64,000 nt of DNA. Origin: Polyangiaceae bacterium. Its GTDB lineage: Bacteria; Myxococcota_A; Polyangia; Polyangiales; Polyangiaceae. The translations under genes and the position numbers were made by a program. The stretch lies in NCBI GenBank assembly GCA_044376115.1, contig JBILLK010000039.1:24080-88079 (forward strand). Direction: 5' to 3'. How positions within the stretch are numbered: position 1 is the first letter of the stretch; each line of letters begins with the position of its first letter. A model generated the notes under the pieces. The model ran no database searches. It saw only the letters and a program-made list of their open reading frames with translations, and was not told where the DNA came from. This document shows, piece by piece, positions 36,249-46,342 of the stretch.

Positions 36249-37427
36249 ATGACGTTGATGGCGCGTAGCTTCTTGGTTGGGTCCTTGTTTCTCCTTGCGT
36301 GCAAAGACGGCGCGAGCGATGGCGCTGACGGTGGAGGAGGCGACGCCCAAGCCGGCGGAGCCTCGACGGGAGGAGCTTCGAGCGGTGGTTCCTCGACCGG
36401 GGGGTCGTCGTCGAGCGGTGGCTCCTCGAGCGGCGGCGCCGGCGAAGGTGGCAGCAGCGTCCTTCCGATTGAGGCCCCAGAGAACGAGTGGACCTTCATT
36501 CCTGTGGAGGGCGCCGTCTGTGCGAGTGGAACGCCGACGGGGATCGGTGTTCGGCTGCGGGCGGATAGCCGTGAATTGCTGATCTACATGCAAGGGGGTG
36601 GCGCCTGCACCGACGGCCAGACTTGTTGGGTGAGCACGACGAACGCGGCGAACGTGAACGGCTACGCCGCGGCTGAATTCGCTGAGGAGTCCCTGATCAA
36701 TAGCTACGCGTTGTTCGCCGACCAACCCGCGAACCCGTTCGCCGAGATGAACATGGTGATGGTGCCGTATTGCACGGGCGACGGTCACGCCGGCAACGCC
36801 GTTCGCGAGCTTGATGTCGAGGGCACTCCGCGCACGACGTACTTCAAAGGAGCGGCCAAGATGCAGCTCTACCTCGAGCGCTTGGCCGCGACCTTCCCCG
36901 ACCTCGAGCGCGTCTACCTTGTCGGCACGAGCGCTGGCGGTGGTGGGGCCACCTTCAACTACGGCCGCATCCGCGACGCGCTCGGCGTCGAGGTGCACAG
37001 CATCATCGATTCAGCGCCCGGTTTCCTTGATGAAGGTGACCAGGAAAAGTGGGCGATCTGGGGGGTGGAACCTGATTGCGATGGCTGCACCTCGGGCGAG
37101 TCACTGCGGCAATACAATCGCTCACTCGCGCCCAGCTCGCGCTTTGGCTTCCTGACCTTCCGCTTCGACAAGACGACCTCCAACGGCAAAACCGAAGCAG
37201 AGTACGAGCCGTTGATGACGGCCTTGCTCGCGAATATCCAAGCCGATGCGAACGGAAGGACGTTCGTCATCGACAACAGCGCAACGGGCTTCGACACCAC
37301 GCTGCACGTCATCACCACCAAGAACAACCCGCCCGCGCTGCGAACGGCCTACCTCAACTGGCTCACCGCCTTGACCGACCTCGAGAACGACGCGGACTGG
37401 GAGAACGTGACGCTCACGCCTCCGTAA
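36249..37427 (+). CDS. Pectin acetylesterase/Notum-family hydrolase, lipoprotein
   Basis: LLAC lipobox; YMQGGGAC, VPYCTGDGHAG, nucleophile GTSAGG, IDS. Confidence 0.82.
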   Translation: MTLMARSFLVGSLFLLACKDGASDGADGGGGDAQAGGASTGGASSGGSSTGGSSSSGGSSSGGAGEGGSSVLPIEAPENEWTFIPVEGAVCASGTPTGIGVRLRADSRELLIYMQGGGACTDGQTCWVSTTNAANVNGYAAAEFAEESLINSYALFADQPANPFAEMNMVMVPYCTGDGHAGNAVRELDVEGTPRTTYFKGAAKMQLYLERLAATFPDLERVYLVGTSAGGGGATFNYGRIRDALGVEVHSIIDSAPGFLDEGDQEKWAIWGVEPDCDGCTSGESLRQYNRSLAPSSRFGFLTFRFDKTTSNGKTEAEYEPLMTALLANIQADANGRTFVIDNSATGFDTTLHVITTKNNPPALRTAYLNWLTALTDLENDADWENVTLTPP

Positions 37428-37438
37428 CGAGCGTTGGC

Positions 37439-38227
37439 TCAGCAGTTGAGCGGCGGGAGCTCGGGATCCAAACAATCGAGATCTTCGACTCCGCAGTCGC
37501 AGTGACAAATCTGTTTGTCGGCGTAGGTGGAAGGATCGCAGGTCCACCCTTTGGGCGTCGGTAGCATGGTGATCGGGCCCGAAACTACGAGGCAGGCACC
37601 CCCCTCCACTTTGGTGCTGACGAAGGTGTCGAGGTTGACGGTCACTTCGACCAACTTCGCGTTGTCGACGAAGCCGCTGGTGATCGGCGCACCCACGATG
37701 CCGTCGGCGGCGATCGGGCCGAGATCGATCGTCCCGGACTCAGCGAAGTAGTAGCGCGCAGGCGCCGTTCCGACCAGGTCCTCCCCAGCGACCAGGCAGC
37801 TGGTACAGGTGCCGTAGTTGTCGTTGCCGTTGGCCGCGAGATCTTGCACGCCGCTCAGCGGTTGACCGGCGGCCGGGAAAAGCTCGAGCCGGATGGTGTC
37901 GGGGTTGGCGCCGCCAAAGTCCTCGGGGTCGAGCTCATAGACCGCCGGAAAGAGGAAGTGCACATCGCCGGTGGAGAGCGAGATGCACGTCTCGCTGCCG
38001 CCGCTCCCGCCTTCGCCGCCGGCGGCTCCGGCTCCACCGCTTCCGCCCGTTGCGCTGTTTCCGCCCGTTGCGCCTGCTCCGCCGCTTCCGCCTGCGCCAC
38101 CTTGCTCTTCAGTACCGCCGCTCCCGCCTGCGCCGCCGGTGGGTGCGCCCCCAGCAGCGCCGCTGTCCCCGCAGCCGGAGAGCGCCACGAAAGAGCCGAG
38201 CAACGCTTTGAACCACGTCCGTTTCAT
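37439..38227 (-). CDS. Gly-rich lipoprotein, hypothetical
   Basis: LSGC lipobox; NYGTCTSC; C-terminal GWTC....Y.D...C.CDCG..D.DC module. Confidence 0.68.
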   Translation of the reverse strand: MKRTWFKALLGSFVALSGCGDSGAAGGAPTGGAGGSGGTEEQGGAGGSGGAGATGGNSATGGSGGAGAAGGEGGSGGSETCISLSTGDVHFLFPAVYELDPEDFGGANPDTIRLELFPAAGQPLSGVQDLAANGNDNYGTCTSCLVAGEDLVGTAPARYYFAESGTIDLGPIAADGIVGAPITSGFVDNAKLVEVTVNLDTFVSTKVEGGACLVVSGPITMLPTPKGWTCDPSTYADKQICHCDCGVEDLDCLDPELPPLNC

Positions 38228-38315
38228 GCGCTGCAGATTACGTGAACGCTCCATCGAGTTGAACTGGGACGACGCCTCGAGACGAGACCTCGCTCGGCCT
38301 CGGGGCCCGATTCGC

Positions 38316-38885
38316 TCACCTTTTCTTGACGGAGCAACCCGCGAGGTAAAGGTCGTATCCCTCTGCTCTTCCGGCCAGCGCCATCCCGGTACCCTCGACG
38401 ATGACCGGGTCGTGCTCGCGAAGGTCGTTCGGCGGGTTGAGCGTCTCGCTCTCACAAGCCAACACCACGTCGGTCTGCTTCGAGTCCGCGATCAGGACCT
38501 GAGTGAAACGGTACAGGAGGTGCTCGCCGCCGCCGTGCATCCGTACGGTGGTTCGTCGATACAGGCCTTCGATCGTGATGCTCTTGCCGAGGTAATCCGT
38601 GACCGAGGTCCTGGCTCGCAGCTTCATCTGCTCGATCGGGCCTGGGCCCAAACGAGGAGGCGGCTGTGACGAGAGAGCTGACGACTCCAAGGCCGTATCG
38701 GTTGTCGACGCGGGTGGGTCCAACGTAGAGGCTTTTGATGTCGCCGAGGGCCGCGGCACGGTATTGGCGTCGACGACGGTGCTGGCGGGCAGCGACAGCA
38801 CTGCGCTAGCGCCGTCATCGTTACACGCATTGGACGCGAGCAGTATCAGTACCGCGCCTGCGGTTGCGACGATCCCAACGGTCAT
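38316..38885 (-). CDS. Lipoprotein with putative C-terminal OB-fold
   Basis: SNAC lipobox-like; YLGKSITIEG...D.VIVEG....LYLAGCSV pattern. Confidence 0.55.
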   Translation of the reverse strand: MTVGIVATAGAVLILLASNACNDDGASAVLSLPASTVVDANTVPRPSATSKASTLDPPASTTDTALESSALSSQPPPRLGPGPIEQMKLRARTSVTDYLGKSITIEGLYRRTTVRMHGGGEHLLYRFTQVLIADSKQTDVVLACESETLNPPNDLREHDPVIVEGTGMALAGRAEGYDLYLAGCSVKKR

Positions 38886-38887
38886 TC

Positions 38888-39754
38888 TTAGCCCCAAACC
38901 AAACGGCGCGTATCGTGCGCTTCCACGCCGCGCAGCGCAAGCAGGCGGCGGACACGTTCTTTCGTAAGCGGGTGGGTGGAGAAGAGCTGGGCCGCGCTCT
39001 CGACCCCGGCGAAGGGATTGACGATATAGAGGCTCGCGGTGGCGGCTGGAGCGTAGGACGGAATCTGATGTGCACCGCGCTCGAGCTTGGTCAACGCGCT
39101 GGCCAGCGCCTCTGGATCGCCTGCGATGCGGGCGCCCGTTTCATCGGCGAGGTACTCGCGCGAGCGGCTGATGCCGAGCTGCACCAAGGTGGCTGCGATG
39201 GGGGCGACGAAGGCGAAGAGCAGCCCGCCTGCGCCTGGGCCTTCCTCTTCGTCGCTGGTGAAGGCGCTGAAGGTGAGGGCCTGGCCAACCCAAGAAATGG
39301 CGCTGGCAACCACGGCGGCGATGCTCGAAAGCAGGATGTCACGGTTCTTGATGTGCGCCAGTTCGTGCGCCAAAACGCCGCGTAGCTCGCGCGGCGTGAG
39401 CACGCGCAAGATCCCGGTGGTGACGGCTACCACGCCGTGCTCGGGGTTGCGCCCGGTAGCAAACGCGTTCGGCTGGGGGTCCTCGATCAAGTAGACGCGC
39501 GGCATCGGCAACTCGGCGCGCTGCGCGAGCTCAGCCACCATGCCGTAGAGCTCCGGCGCCTGCCGCGGATCCACCGGCTGGGCGCGGTTCATCGACAAAA
39601 CGATGCGGTCGGAGAAGAAGTACGCACCGACGTTCAACAGCAATGAAACGCCCAACGCGAGATAGGCCCAGCCTGGCCCCACCAAGGAGCCGGCGCCGAC
39701 CAAGATCGACGTGAGCACACCGAGCAGCAGCAGAGTCTTCAGTTGGTTCTTCAT
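38888..39754 (-). CDS. htpX: Zinc metalloprotease HtpX (M48)
   Basis: PNAFATGRNP, ELRGVLAHELAH, ISRSREYLAD, LFSTHP. Confidence 0.93.
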   Translation of the reverse strand: MKNQLKTLLLLGVLTSILVGAGSLVGPGWAYLALGVSLLLNVGAYFFSDRIVLSMNRAQPVDPRQAPELYGMVAELAQRAELPMPRVYLIEDPQPNAFATGRNPEHGVVAVTTGILRVLTPRELRGVLAHELAHIKNRDILLSSIAAVVASAISWVGQALTFSAFTSDEEEGPGAGGLLFAFVAPIAATLVQLGISRSREYLADETGARIAGDPEALASALTKLERGAHQIPSYAPAATASLYIVNPFAGVESAAQLFSTHPLTKERVRRLLALRGVEAHDTRRLVWG

Positions 39755-39924
39755 GGCAGCACCGCGAGCGCCATGACGTTGTTGGAAGCGGCGCTCGTGG
39801 GCCCAACCTAGATTTGCTTCCGTGATGCGCAAGCCCCGGAACGCTCTGTTCGAAGGTAGGCTCCGCCCATGTCGGAACCGTTTGAAGCCCCCAGCGCCAG
39901 CCGTCAGCTTCAGCGTGGAGTGAC

Positions 39925-40440
39925 GTGACGCGGCGCACGCTCAATCTGCTGCCCCGCAGCGAACGAACGGAAAGTCCGAGGCCCGCTCCCATCCCACGGT
40001 TGATCGCCGCAGCCTTGCGCAGGGGCGAGCCAGTAGATGATCGCGACTTCGACCAGCTACTGCCGGCGGAGCTGCGCACCGTCTCCAGTCAGTATTGGAC
40101 GCCCCTCGCGGTGGCGGCTCGCGCGGCCCAATGGTTCGAGGAGCTGGGCGTTCAACGCGTGGTCGACATCGGGTCCGGTGCAGGGAAGTTCTGCGTCGCT
40201 GCGGCGCTCGCGGGCACGGCAAGCTACGTGGGGCTCGAACATCGGCTGGCGCTGGTGGTCGCGGCCAGGGCGCTGGCGAAGGCCGTCGCCGTCGAGGACA
40301 AGGTTGAGTTCGTGCACGGGACCCCGGGCGACCTATCGGCGCTGCGAGCCGACGCGTATTACCTCTTCAACCCCTTTGCCGAAAATTGGTACCCAGTCGA
40401 CGAGCAGCTCGATGCCGAGGTGGAGCTCGGTCCGGAACGA
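39925..40440 (+). pseudogene. Class I SAM methyltransferase, apparently 3'-truncated
   Basis: VVDIGSGAGKFC and YYLFNPFAEN motifs. After ~40440 the frame turns Arg/Ala-rich and overlaps another coding frame (ORF stop at 40611). Confidence 0.55.
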
Positions 40441-41321
40441 GCTTCCAATCGCGCCCGATCGAGCGTCCGGCTGCGGTGGTCGCCGGCAGCTCGGCGGGCT
40501 TGGGCGTGCGGCCTGCGAGCGCCGTCGCGGCCTCCAACGAGGCCGCCGATCCGCAGCCGCTGCGCGCGGAGCTGCGCGGCCACCGGCGGCGCGCGGCGCC
40601 ACCGGCTGTAGGCGAACAGCTCGAGGAGCTCTTCGCCGAGCCCGACGCAGCAAGCTTGGCGGCCCGCCTCACGATCGCTGAGCCTCGGCGAGGCTACGTG
40701 CGCAAAAGCGAGACCGAGCGAGCGGCCGAAGGGGAGGGCACCACGAGCCCGCTCGGCGTGATGGCGCAGCTCGCAAAGGCCAGCCTGACCGAGCTCGACA
40801 CGCTGAGTGAAGCCGGCGCTCGCGGTCGTGTGGTGGTGCTGCGCGGGGAGCTGCGGGTCGAATTGACCCCGCGCGAGGAGCTCGCCGGTCTGCTTCATCA
40901 CGCGCAAGCGGCGCGTAAAGACGCCCTACTTGAGCGCGCCGTCGCAGAGGCCAAAGGCGCTCTCGACAACCCGTGGCAACCCGATTCGGCGCTCACCGTC
41001 CAGGTCGACCGGCTCGCGGCAGCGCTGGTTGAGCAGCGTAACCCCGGGCCGGAGCTCGTGCGGCGTTTCTGCCTCGAGCAGAGTCGCTTGCGCGAGGTGC
41101 AAGCGCTGGGCGAAGCGCAGCTCGTAGCGCGCTTCATCGGCGCCGACGGCCCCTGGCGCAAGGCGATCCCTTGTTATTTGCCGGCGCGTCATCGCGCGCG
41201 CTTGCCGCTCTTCTCGAGCTTCGTGGTGCGGGCGCTCATGCAGGTCTACGCTGCCGTGGACCAAGCCGAGAGCCAGCCGGTTGCGCTGCGGGTGGTCGCC
41301 TTGGCGCGCGTGCTCGGCTGA
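40440..41321 (+). pseudogene. Hypothetical protein, probably a 5'-truncated C-terminal portion
   Basis: Protein-like frame (AIPCYLP...LPLF...D..ES.PVALRVVALARV) with no convincing start outside the methyltransferase. Confidence 0.5.
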
Positions 41322-41381
41322 TGCAACCCGTGCATGCGCGGGTTGACGCGAGCGCACATGACCCTAGGTAGGGGTCCCGTA

Positions 41382-41810
41382 ATGCAACTCGTGCGCTCGC
41401 TCACCTCCAACCCTCGCTCGGTCTTCCTGCTCGACGGCTGCGGAGCCGTCGTCACCGCGGCGCTGCTCGTGTTCCTGCTTGCTCCGCTCGAACGCCACTT
41501 CGGAATGCCCGTCTTCGTGCTCCGTCCGCTGGCCTATATCGCGGGTGCGTTTGCGCTCTATTCGCTCGGTTGCTTTTCGCTCTTTCCCACGCTCGCGGCT
41601 CGCGCCTCCGCCCTGTTGACCGTGATCGCGCTCGCCAACAGCCTCTACTGCGTTGCTACGTTGGTCATGCTCGTCGCGCACCGAGCGCACATCACCGCGC
41701 TCGGCGTCGCGTACTTCATCGGGGAGAGCCTAATTGTCGGGACGATCGTCGCGCTCGAACTGAAGACCGCTGCGGAGGTTCGTCGGTCCGCCGTACACTC
41801 CGTCGAATGA
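41382..41810 (+). CDS. Four-TM membrane protein
   Basis: FLLDG.GA...A, FGMP, IALANSLYC, YFIGE; four hydrophobic helices. Confidence 0.7.
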   Translation: MQLVRSLTSNPRSVFLLDGCGAVVTAALLVFLLAPLERHFGMPVFVLRPLAYIAGAFALYSLGCFSLFPTLAARASALLTVIALANSLYCVATLVMLVAHRAHITALGVAYFIGESLIVGTIVALELKTAAEVRRSAVHSVE

Positions 41811-42232
41811 AGCTCCTTCTCTTCCTGGCGATGTTCGCTTGCGTCTCCGCGTGCGCACCGCGCCCGTTTAGCTCGAGCTCGTCGCTGGCCTCAGCGGTGC
41901 CCGAGGTCCAGTTCGTCGGCGTCGTCCGTGAACTCGACCGCGGTTGCTGGAGGGACGCCTCCGCATGTCGGGTGCGCGTCGATGACCGCTGGTTAACGAT
42001 CACCGGGCGAGACCCGGCCGTGCCGCGAGGACGCATCGTCGGCTTTGGGCCCGGCGGCCTTCCGAACGAGCTGCTCAGCGATCAGAACCTCGGCGTGAGC
42101 GTCAAGGTGTTCGCGGTCGCGCTGAGTCAGCCCAGCTTCAATGAGCGTGGGGAGCTCGTGGTTGGCGCCCCCGATCCGAAGCAACTCTCGCTGCTCGGAA
42201 GCGACGCGTACTACATTGAACGAGTCCGTTAG
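41807..42232 (+). CDS. Hypothetical lipoprotein
   Basis: MKLLLFLAMFACVSAC signal/lipobox; ATGA overlap. Confidence 0.62.
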   Translation: MKLLLFLAMFACVSACAPRPFSSSSSLASAVPEVQFVGVVRELDRGCWRDASACRVRVDDRWLTITGRDPAVPRGRIVGFGPGGLPNELLSDQNLGVSVKVFAVALSQPSFNERGELVVGAPDPKQLSLLGSDAYYIERVR

Positions 42233-43170
42233 GTGAGGATGCCCTTCTGCGGGGTCACAGGATCGGGCATGTCCTCGCCGATGCGCGCTCGCAGGTTGCG
42301 CTCGATGTTGCGCGAGATTGAGTCGAGGGGCAGGTCGTTGACGTCGACGCCGAAAGGGTCCTCGATCTCGTCGCCGATCGCGTCGAGACCAAAGAAGCAG
42401 TACGAGATCGCGAGCACCACCACCGGCGTGGCCCAGCGGACGGTGTCCATCAGGCCGAAGGGCAATAGCACGCAGTAGAAGGCCACGATGCGATGCATGA
42501 GCACCGTGTAGGAGAAGGGGATTGGGGTCGACTTGATGCGCTCGCAAGCGCCTTGGATGTCGGTGAGCGTCGTGAGCGATGCGTCGAGGGCGTTGACGTG
42601 GACGGGGTGGACCCAGTTCAGATCGTAGGCCTGGCGCACCGTTTCGCCCAAGCGTTGCAGGATGGCCAGGGGTACGTTGCTCTCGCCGCGCAGTGACTCG
42701 AGCGACTCCTTCGGCAGCACTTGTTCCAGCGTTTCGCTCGGCGGAGTGTCGCGCAGGTGGTGGCGAAGCGCGTGGACGTAGCCGATCGTTAGGTGGACGA
42801 AGCGATGCTGCAGCTCACGCACTTGAGCAGGCCTCTCGAGGCCCGGCTCGAGCTGAGGTTGGATGAGCGTGAGAGCTTGGCGAGTGATGCTGCGCGACGT
42901 GTTGACGAGGGCGCCCCAGAGCTTGCGAGCCTCCCAGAAGCGGTCGTAAGCGGTGTTGTTTCGAAAGCCGAGGAAGATTCCGAGCGGCAAGCCGACGAGG
43001 GTGAAGGGCGCGGCCGTGAGCGAGTAGTGGAGCGCCGGAACCTCCTCGTACAGCACCGTGACCACTGTGGCGATCGCGGTGACGGTGAGCGTCCGCGTCC
43101 AAATGTGGGGAAGCGCAAAGCCACCGAGGATGACGAGTTCGATCCAGGAGCGCCGTTTATCGACCCACAT
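42229..43170 (-). CDS. Bestrophin-family (YneE-like) channel
   Basis: GFRNNTAYDRFWEAR, CERIKSTPIPFSY, IGDEIEDPFG..NDLPL. Confidence 0.92.
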   Translation of the reverse strand: MWVDKRRSWIELVILGGFALPHIWTRTLTVTAIATVVTVLYEEVPALHYSLTAAPFTLVGLPLGIFLGFRNNTAYDRFWEARKLWGALVNTSRSITRQALTLIQPQLEPGLERPAQVRELQHRFVHLTIGYVHALRHHLRDTPPSETLEQVLPKESLESLRGESNVPLAILQRLGETVRQAYDLNWVHPVHVNALDASLTTLTDIQGACERIKSTPIPFSYTVLMHRIVAFYCVLLPFGLMDTVRWATPVVVLAISYCFFGLDAIGDEIEDPFGVDVNDLPLDSISRNIERNLRARIGEDMPDPVTPQKGILT

Positions 43171-43185
43171 CGCGCGGACCCTACC

Positions 43186-43953
43186 TTACGCGCCCAAGTA
43201 GTCGGACTCGAGCACGATATCGCGCAGCAGGCTCTGGTACTCCACGTGCGTCGAATGTTCACGGGTGCGGAAGAGCGTGCCCTCGTTGGCCTTCATAAAG
43301 GCATGGTATTCGGGCGCGCCGGGGAGCTTGACGTTGTCGGCGACCACCACTGCGCCTTGGCGCAGCCAACGCTCTCGCAAGATCAGCTCGAGGTCGGGCA
43401 GGTACGCTTCTTTGGCGTGATCGATGAACGCAAAGTCGAGCTTGCCCGGACCGAAGCCGTGTTCGCGGTTCAGCGTCTCGGCGGTCTTGCCTCCGTCACC
43501 GAGCGTGCCGTTCACGATCGTCACCCGATCGGCCACGCCAGCGTGCTCGAGGATGCGCTGCGCGATCGCCGCGTTGGCGGCGCTGAACTCGATCGAAACG
43601 AGATGCGCGTCCTTGGGCGCCGCGCGTACGGTGCGCAGCGCCGAATAGCCGCAATAGGTCCCGAGCTCGAGCAGGAGCTTGGGCTTGGCGCGGGCGATCG
43701 CCGCATCCAAGAGCGCGCCCTTCTCGTCGCCTACGTTGATGAGGAAGCTCTTCTCGTAAGCGAAGCGGTCGACGGTGTTGATCACGTCATCGAGGTCCGA
43801 GTGCTTGGCGTTCGCGACAACATAGCGTTCCAACGCGGCCTCGCGGCCGTCCCCGACCTGCCAATCGCTGAACAGCTTGCGCGCGCCCAAGCCCATGCGC
43901 AGCACCGACCAACGAGCGAACGGCAAATACTTCCAGACCGATGTGAGCCCCAT
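43186..43953 (-). CDS. Catechol O-methyltransferase-like enzyme
   Basis: INVGDEKG, LELGTYCGYSA, FIDH.K..YLPDL, VADNV..PGAP. Confidence 0.88.
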   Translation of the reverse strand: MGLTSVWKYLPFARWSVLRMGLGARKLFSDWQVGDGREAALERYVVANAKHSDLDDVINTVDRFAYEKSFLINVGDEKGALLDAAIARAKPKLLLELGTYCGYSALRTVRAAPKDAHLVSIEFSAANAAIAQRILEHAGVADRVTIVNGTLGDGGKTAETLNREHGFGPGKLDFAFIDHAKEAYLPDLELILRERWLRQGAVVVADNVKLPGAPEYHAFMKANEGTLFRTREHSTHVEYQSLLRDIVLESDYLGA

Positions 43954-44046
43954 CTTGGTCGGGCACGGTAGCGCACAGACCCAACTGGACCAAGCGCCGG
44001 CGCTGCGATGGGGTGACGTTCCCGAGCGGTTGCGTTAGGGTGCGCC

Positions 44047-44388
44047 ATGCAAGGCCTCTTCCCTCGACTCACCGTTGCCAGCGCGTTGCTCGCTTGTGCT
44101 TCGCTCTTCACCGCCTGTTACCCGAAGTCGGCGGACGCACCCGGGGCGATCTCGCCAACCAGCGTGAGCTGGGCCTCCGAGAAGTGGCCGGGCGTTACCG
44201 AGGCCTCGCTCGTCTCCGGTCGTGAGGCCTTCTTGGCGAAGTGCAACGGCTGCCACGGCTACCCGGATCTAGCGGCGATCTCGGATGACGAGTGGCCGTC
44301 GATCGTCGAGCGCATGGGCGGCAAGAGTGATCTCGATGCGGCCAAGACCAAAGACGTTCTGCACTACGTCCTCGCCGCAAAACATTGA
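44047..44388 (+). CDS. Monoheme cytochrome c lipoprotein
   Basis: FTAC lipobox; CNGCH heme motif; W..IVERM with candidate Met ligand. Confidence 0.8.
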   Translation: MQGLFPRLTVASALLACASLFTACYPKSADAPGAISPTSVSWASEKWPGVTEASLVSGREAFLAKCNGCHGYPDLAAISDDEWPSIVERMGGKSDLDAAKTKDVLHYVLAAKH

Positions 44389-44419
44389 TGATGCAACGCC
44401 TGCGTCGGGTCTGAAGTCA

Positions 44420-46342
44420 ATGAACGCGCACCACTTTCGCTATCTGCTGCGCCAGTTCGTCGAGCACAAGAACCCGGAGAACGTGCGCTTGCATCTCGGG
44501 TGCAGCGTGGTCGGCTCGCTCGCGCTCAGCACCGCTCTTTCGCAGCTCCCGCTGCCGATCCACATCCCGCTGCTTGGCGCGAACGTTGGGGCCGTGTTCG
44601 TCGTCGCTTGTGGCGCGTATTGGCTGCTCGCCGACGTGATTTCAGCTTTGTGCGTGGTCGCGTTGGGGCTGCTTTTGGCGCAACTGCCGGGCTGGGGGCC
44701 TGGTCATGGCTGGGTGGTTCCAGTGATCGCGCTGGCCGTGTTCGCCGGGATGCACGGGCTGACGCGGCTCGGTCACATCTACCATCACGAGCACGGCGCG
44801 TATCTCAAGGGCGAGCCGCAGGCGCTGCTGCACACGCTGCACGGGCTGGTGTTCGGGCCGTTTCACTTCGTGCTGCAGACGCTGCTCGCGTCCGGCTTTC
44901 GGCCGCGGCTCAAGGCTCAGCTCGTCGAGGGCGAGCGCGAGCTCTTGCGCGGCCGCGAGCAGGTGCCCTGGCGCAATTGGGCCAAGATCGAGGGCTGTGA
45001 CGTGCAGTTCGTGTGCATGCCGCAGACGGTGGAAGAGCTGGTGGAGGCGGTGCGCGTGGCGATCGCGCGGGGCAAAGGCGTGCGCGTCGTGGGCTCCGGG
45101 TTCTCCTGGTCGGCGCTGGTTCCGACTGGGGATTCGCTGATCTTTTGTGAACGCTTGTGTCGCATCGCGGTGGACGTCTCCAACCCGGAGGCCCCCACCG
45201 TTTGGGCCGAGGCCGGCGCCACGAACCGCCAGCTCAACCACGAGCTCGCGCGTCACGGGCTGTGCATGCCGTGGAACGTCGTGCTCGAGAACGTGCGCGT
45301 GGCCGGCATCGCCGCCACCGGCACGCACGGGACCGGCCGCAAAACCTCCACCGTCGGCGACCTCGTCGAGGCCTTCGAGATCATCGATGCGCAAGGCCAA
45401 ATGCGCGTGCTCTCGGAAGAGACGGTGGGGCCCGAGGTGATGAGCGCAGCGCGGCTCGGCTTGGGGCTGTTCGGCGTGATCGCGCGGGTCAAGCTGCGGG
45501 TGATCCCGAGCTATCGCGTGCGCCAGACGGATCTGCGGCTCTCGGTGAGCGACGTGCTGGCGCGGCTGCCGCAGCTCGTGGGCTCGCATGACTCGGTGGA
45601 GCTTTATTGGTTCCCGTTCAACCGCGACATGTGGATGCGCACGATCGATCGCACTGAGGACGCGCGCACGTGGCACGGTCACGGCTTCTGGTTCAAGGCG
45701 CAGAACCTGATGCAGAACGCATGGCTGGTGCTGTTCTCCAAGCTGGTGATGCGTTTTGCGCCGTCGCTCACGCCGCTCCTGCTCAAGCTCGGCATGCGCA
45801 TGTTGCCGTTCCGCACTCGCGTGCTCGATCTGCCGGAGTCGCATCACTACCACCATTGGATCGAGATGATGCCGGCCGGCTGTATGGAAGTCGGCTTCAA
45901 GGTCGATGAGGACTTCGCCAACGTACGTGCGGCTTGGGCTGCAACCGAACGGCTGGTGGAGACGTACGCCAGCCGAGGCTTGTACCCGTTGAACCTCACG
46001 CTCAATGTGCGCTTCATCGGTCAAAGCGGCGCCTTGCTGACGCCCGCCTACGGTGAAGGCCTCACCTGCTACGTCGAGATCATGTGGATGAGCCGGCCCG
46101 AGGGCTGGAAGGAGTTCAGCTCCGAACTCTGTCGCGAGTGGCTCAAGGTGCCCGGCGCGCTACCCCACTGGTCGAAGGAGTTCGAGCACGTGGAGGATGT
46201 GGTTGCGCTCGTGCGTTCGGCCCTCGGGGATCGGCTCGAGCAGTACCTCAGCTCTCTTGAACAGACCGGCATTGACCCGGAGCGTCGCTTCTTCAATGGG
46301 CTTACGCGTCGCGTCCTCACCGATAAGCCCCCGGCGGTTTAA
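44420..46342 (+). CDS. Fusion: Mpo1/DUF962-like membrane domain + FAD-linked aldonolactone oxidoreductase (ALO/GULO family)
   Basis: EHKNPENVRLH and LGHIYHHEH in a TM-rich N-terminus; WRNWA, VRVVGSGFSWS, TGTHGTG, LGLFGVI, PHWSK. Confidence 0.78.
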   Translation: MNAHHFRYLLRQFVEHKNPENVRLHLGCSVVGSLALSTALSQLPLPIHIPLLGANVGAVFVVACGAYWLLADVISALCVVALGLLLAQLPGWGPGHGWVVPVIALAVFAGMHGLTRLGHIYHHEHGAYLKGEPQALLHTLHGLVFGPFHFVLQTLLASGFRPRLKAQLVEGERELLRGREQVPWRNWAKIEGCDVQFVCMPQTVEELVEAVRVAIARGKGVRVVGSGFSWSALVPTGDSLIFCERLCRIAVDVSNPEAPTVWAEAGATNRQLNHELARHGLCMPWNVVLENVRVAGIAATGTHGTGRKTSTVGDLVEAFEIIDAQGQMRVLSEETVGPEVMSAARLGLGLFGVIARVKLRVIPSYRVRQTDLRLSVSDVLARLPQLVGSHDSVELYWFPFNRDMWMRTIDRTEDARTWHGHGFWFKAQNLMQNAWLVLFSKLVMRFAPSLTPLLLKLGMRMLPFRTRVLDLPESHHYHHWIEMMPAGCMEVGFKVDEDFANVRAAWAATERLVETYASRGLYPLNLTLNVRFIGQSGALLTPAYGEGLTCYVEIMWMSRPEGWKEFSSELCREWLKVPGALPHWSKEFEHVEDVVALVRSALGDRLEQYLSSLEQTGIDPERRFFNGLTRRVLTDKPPAV

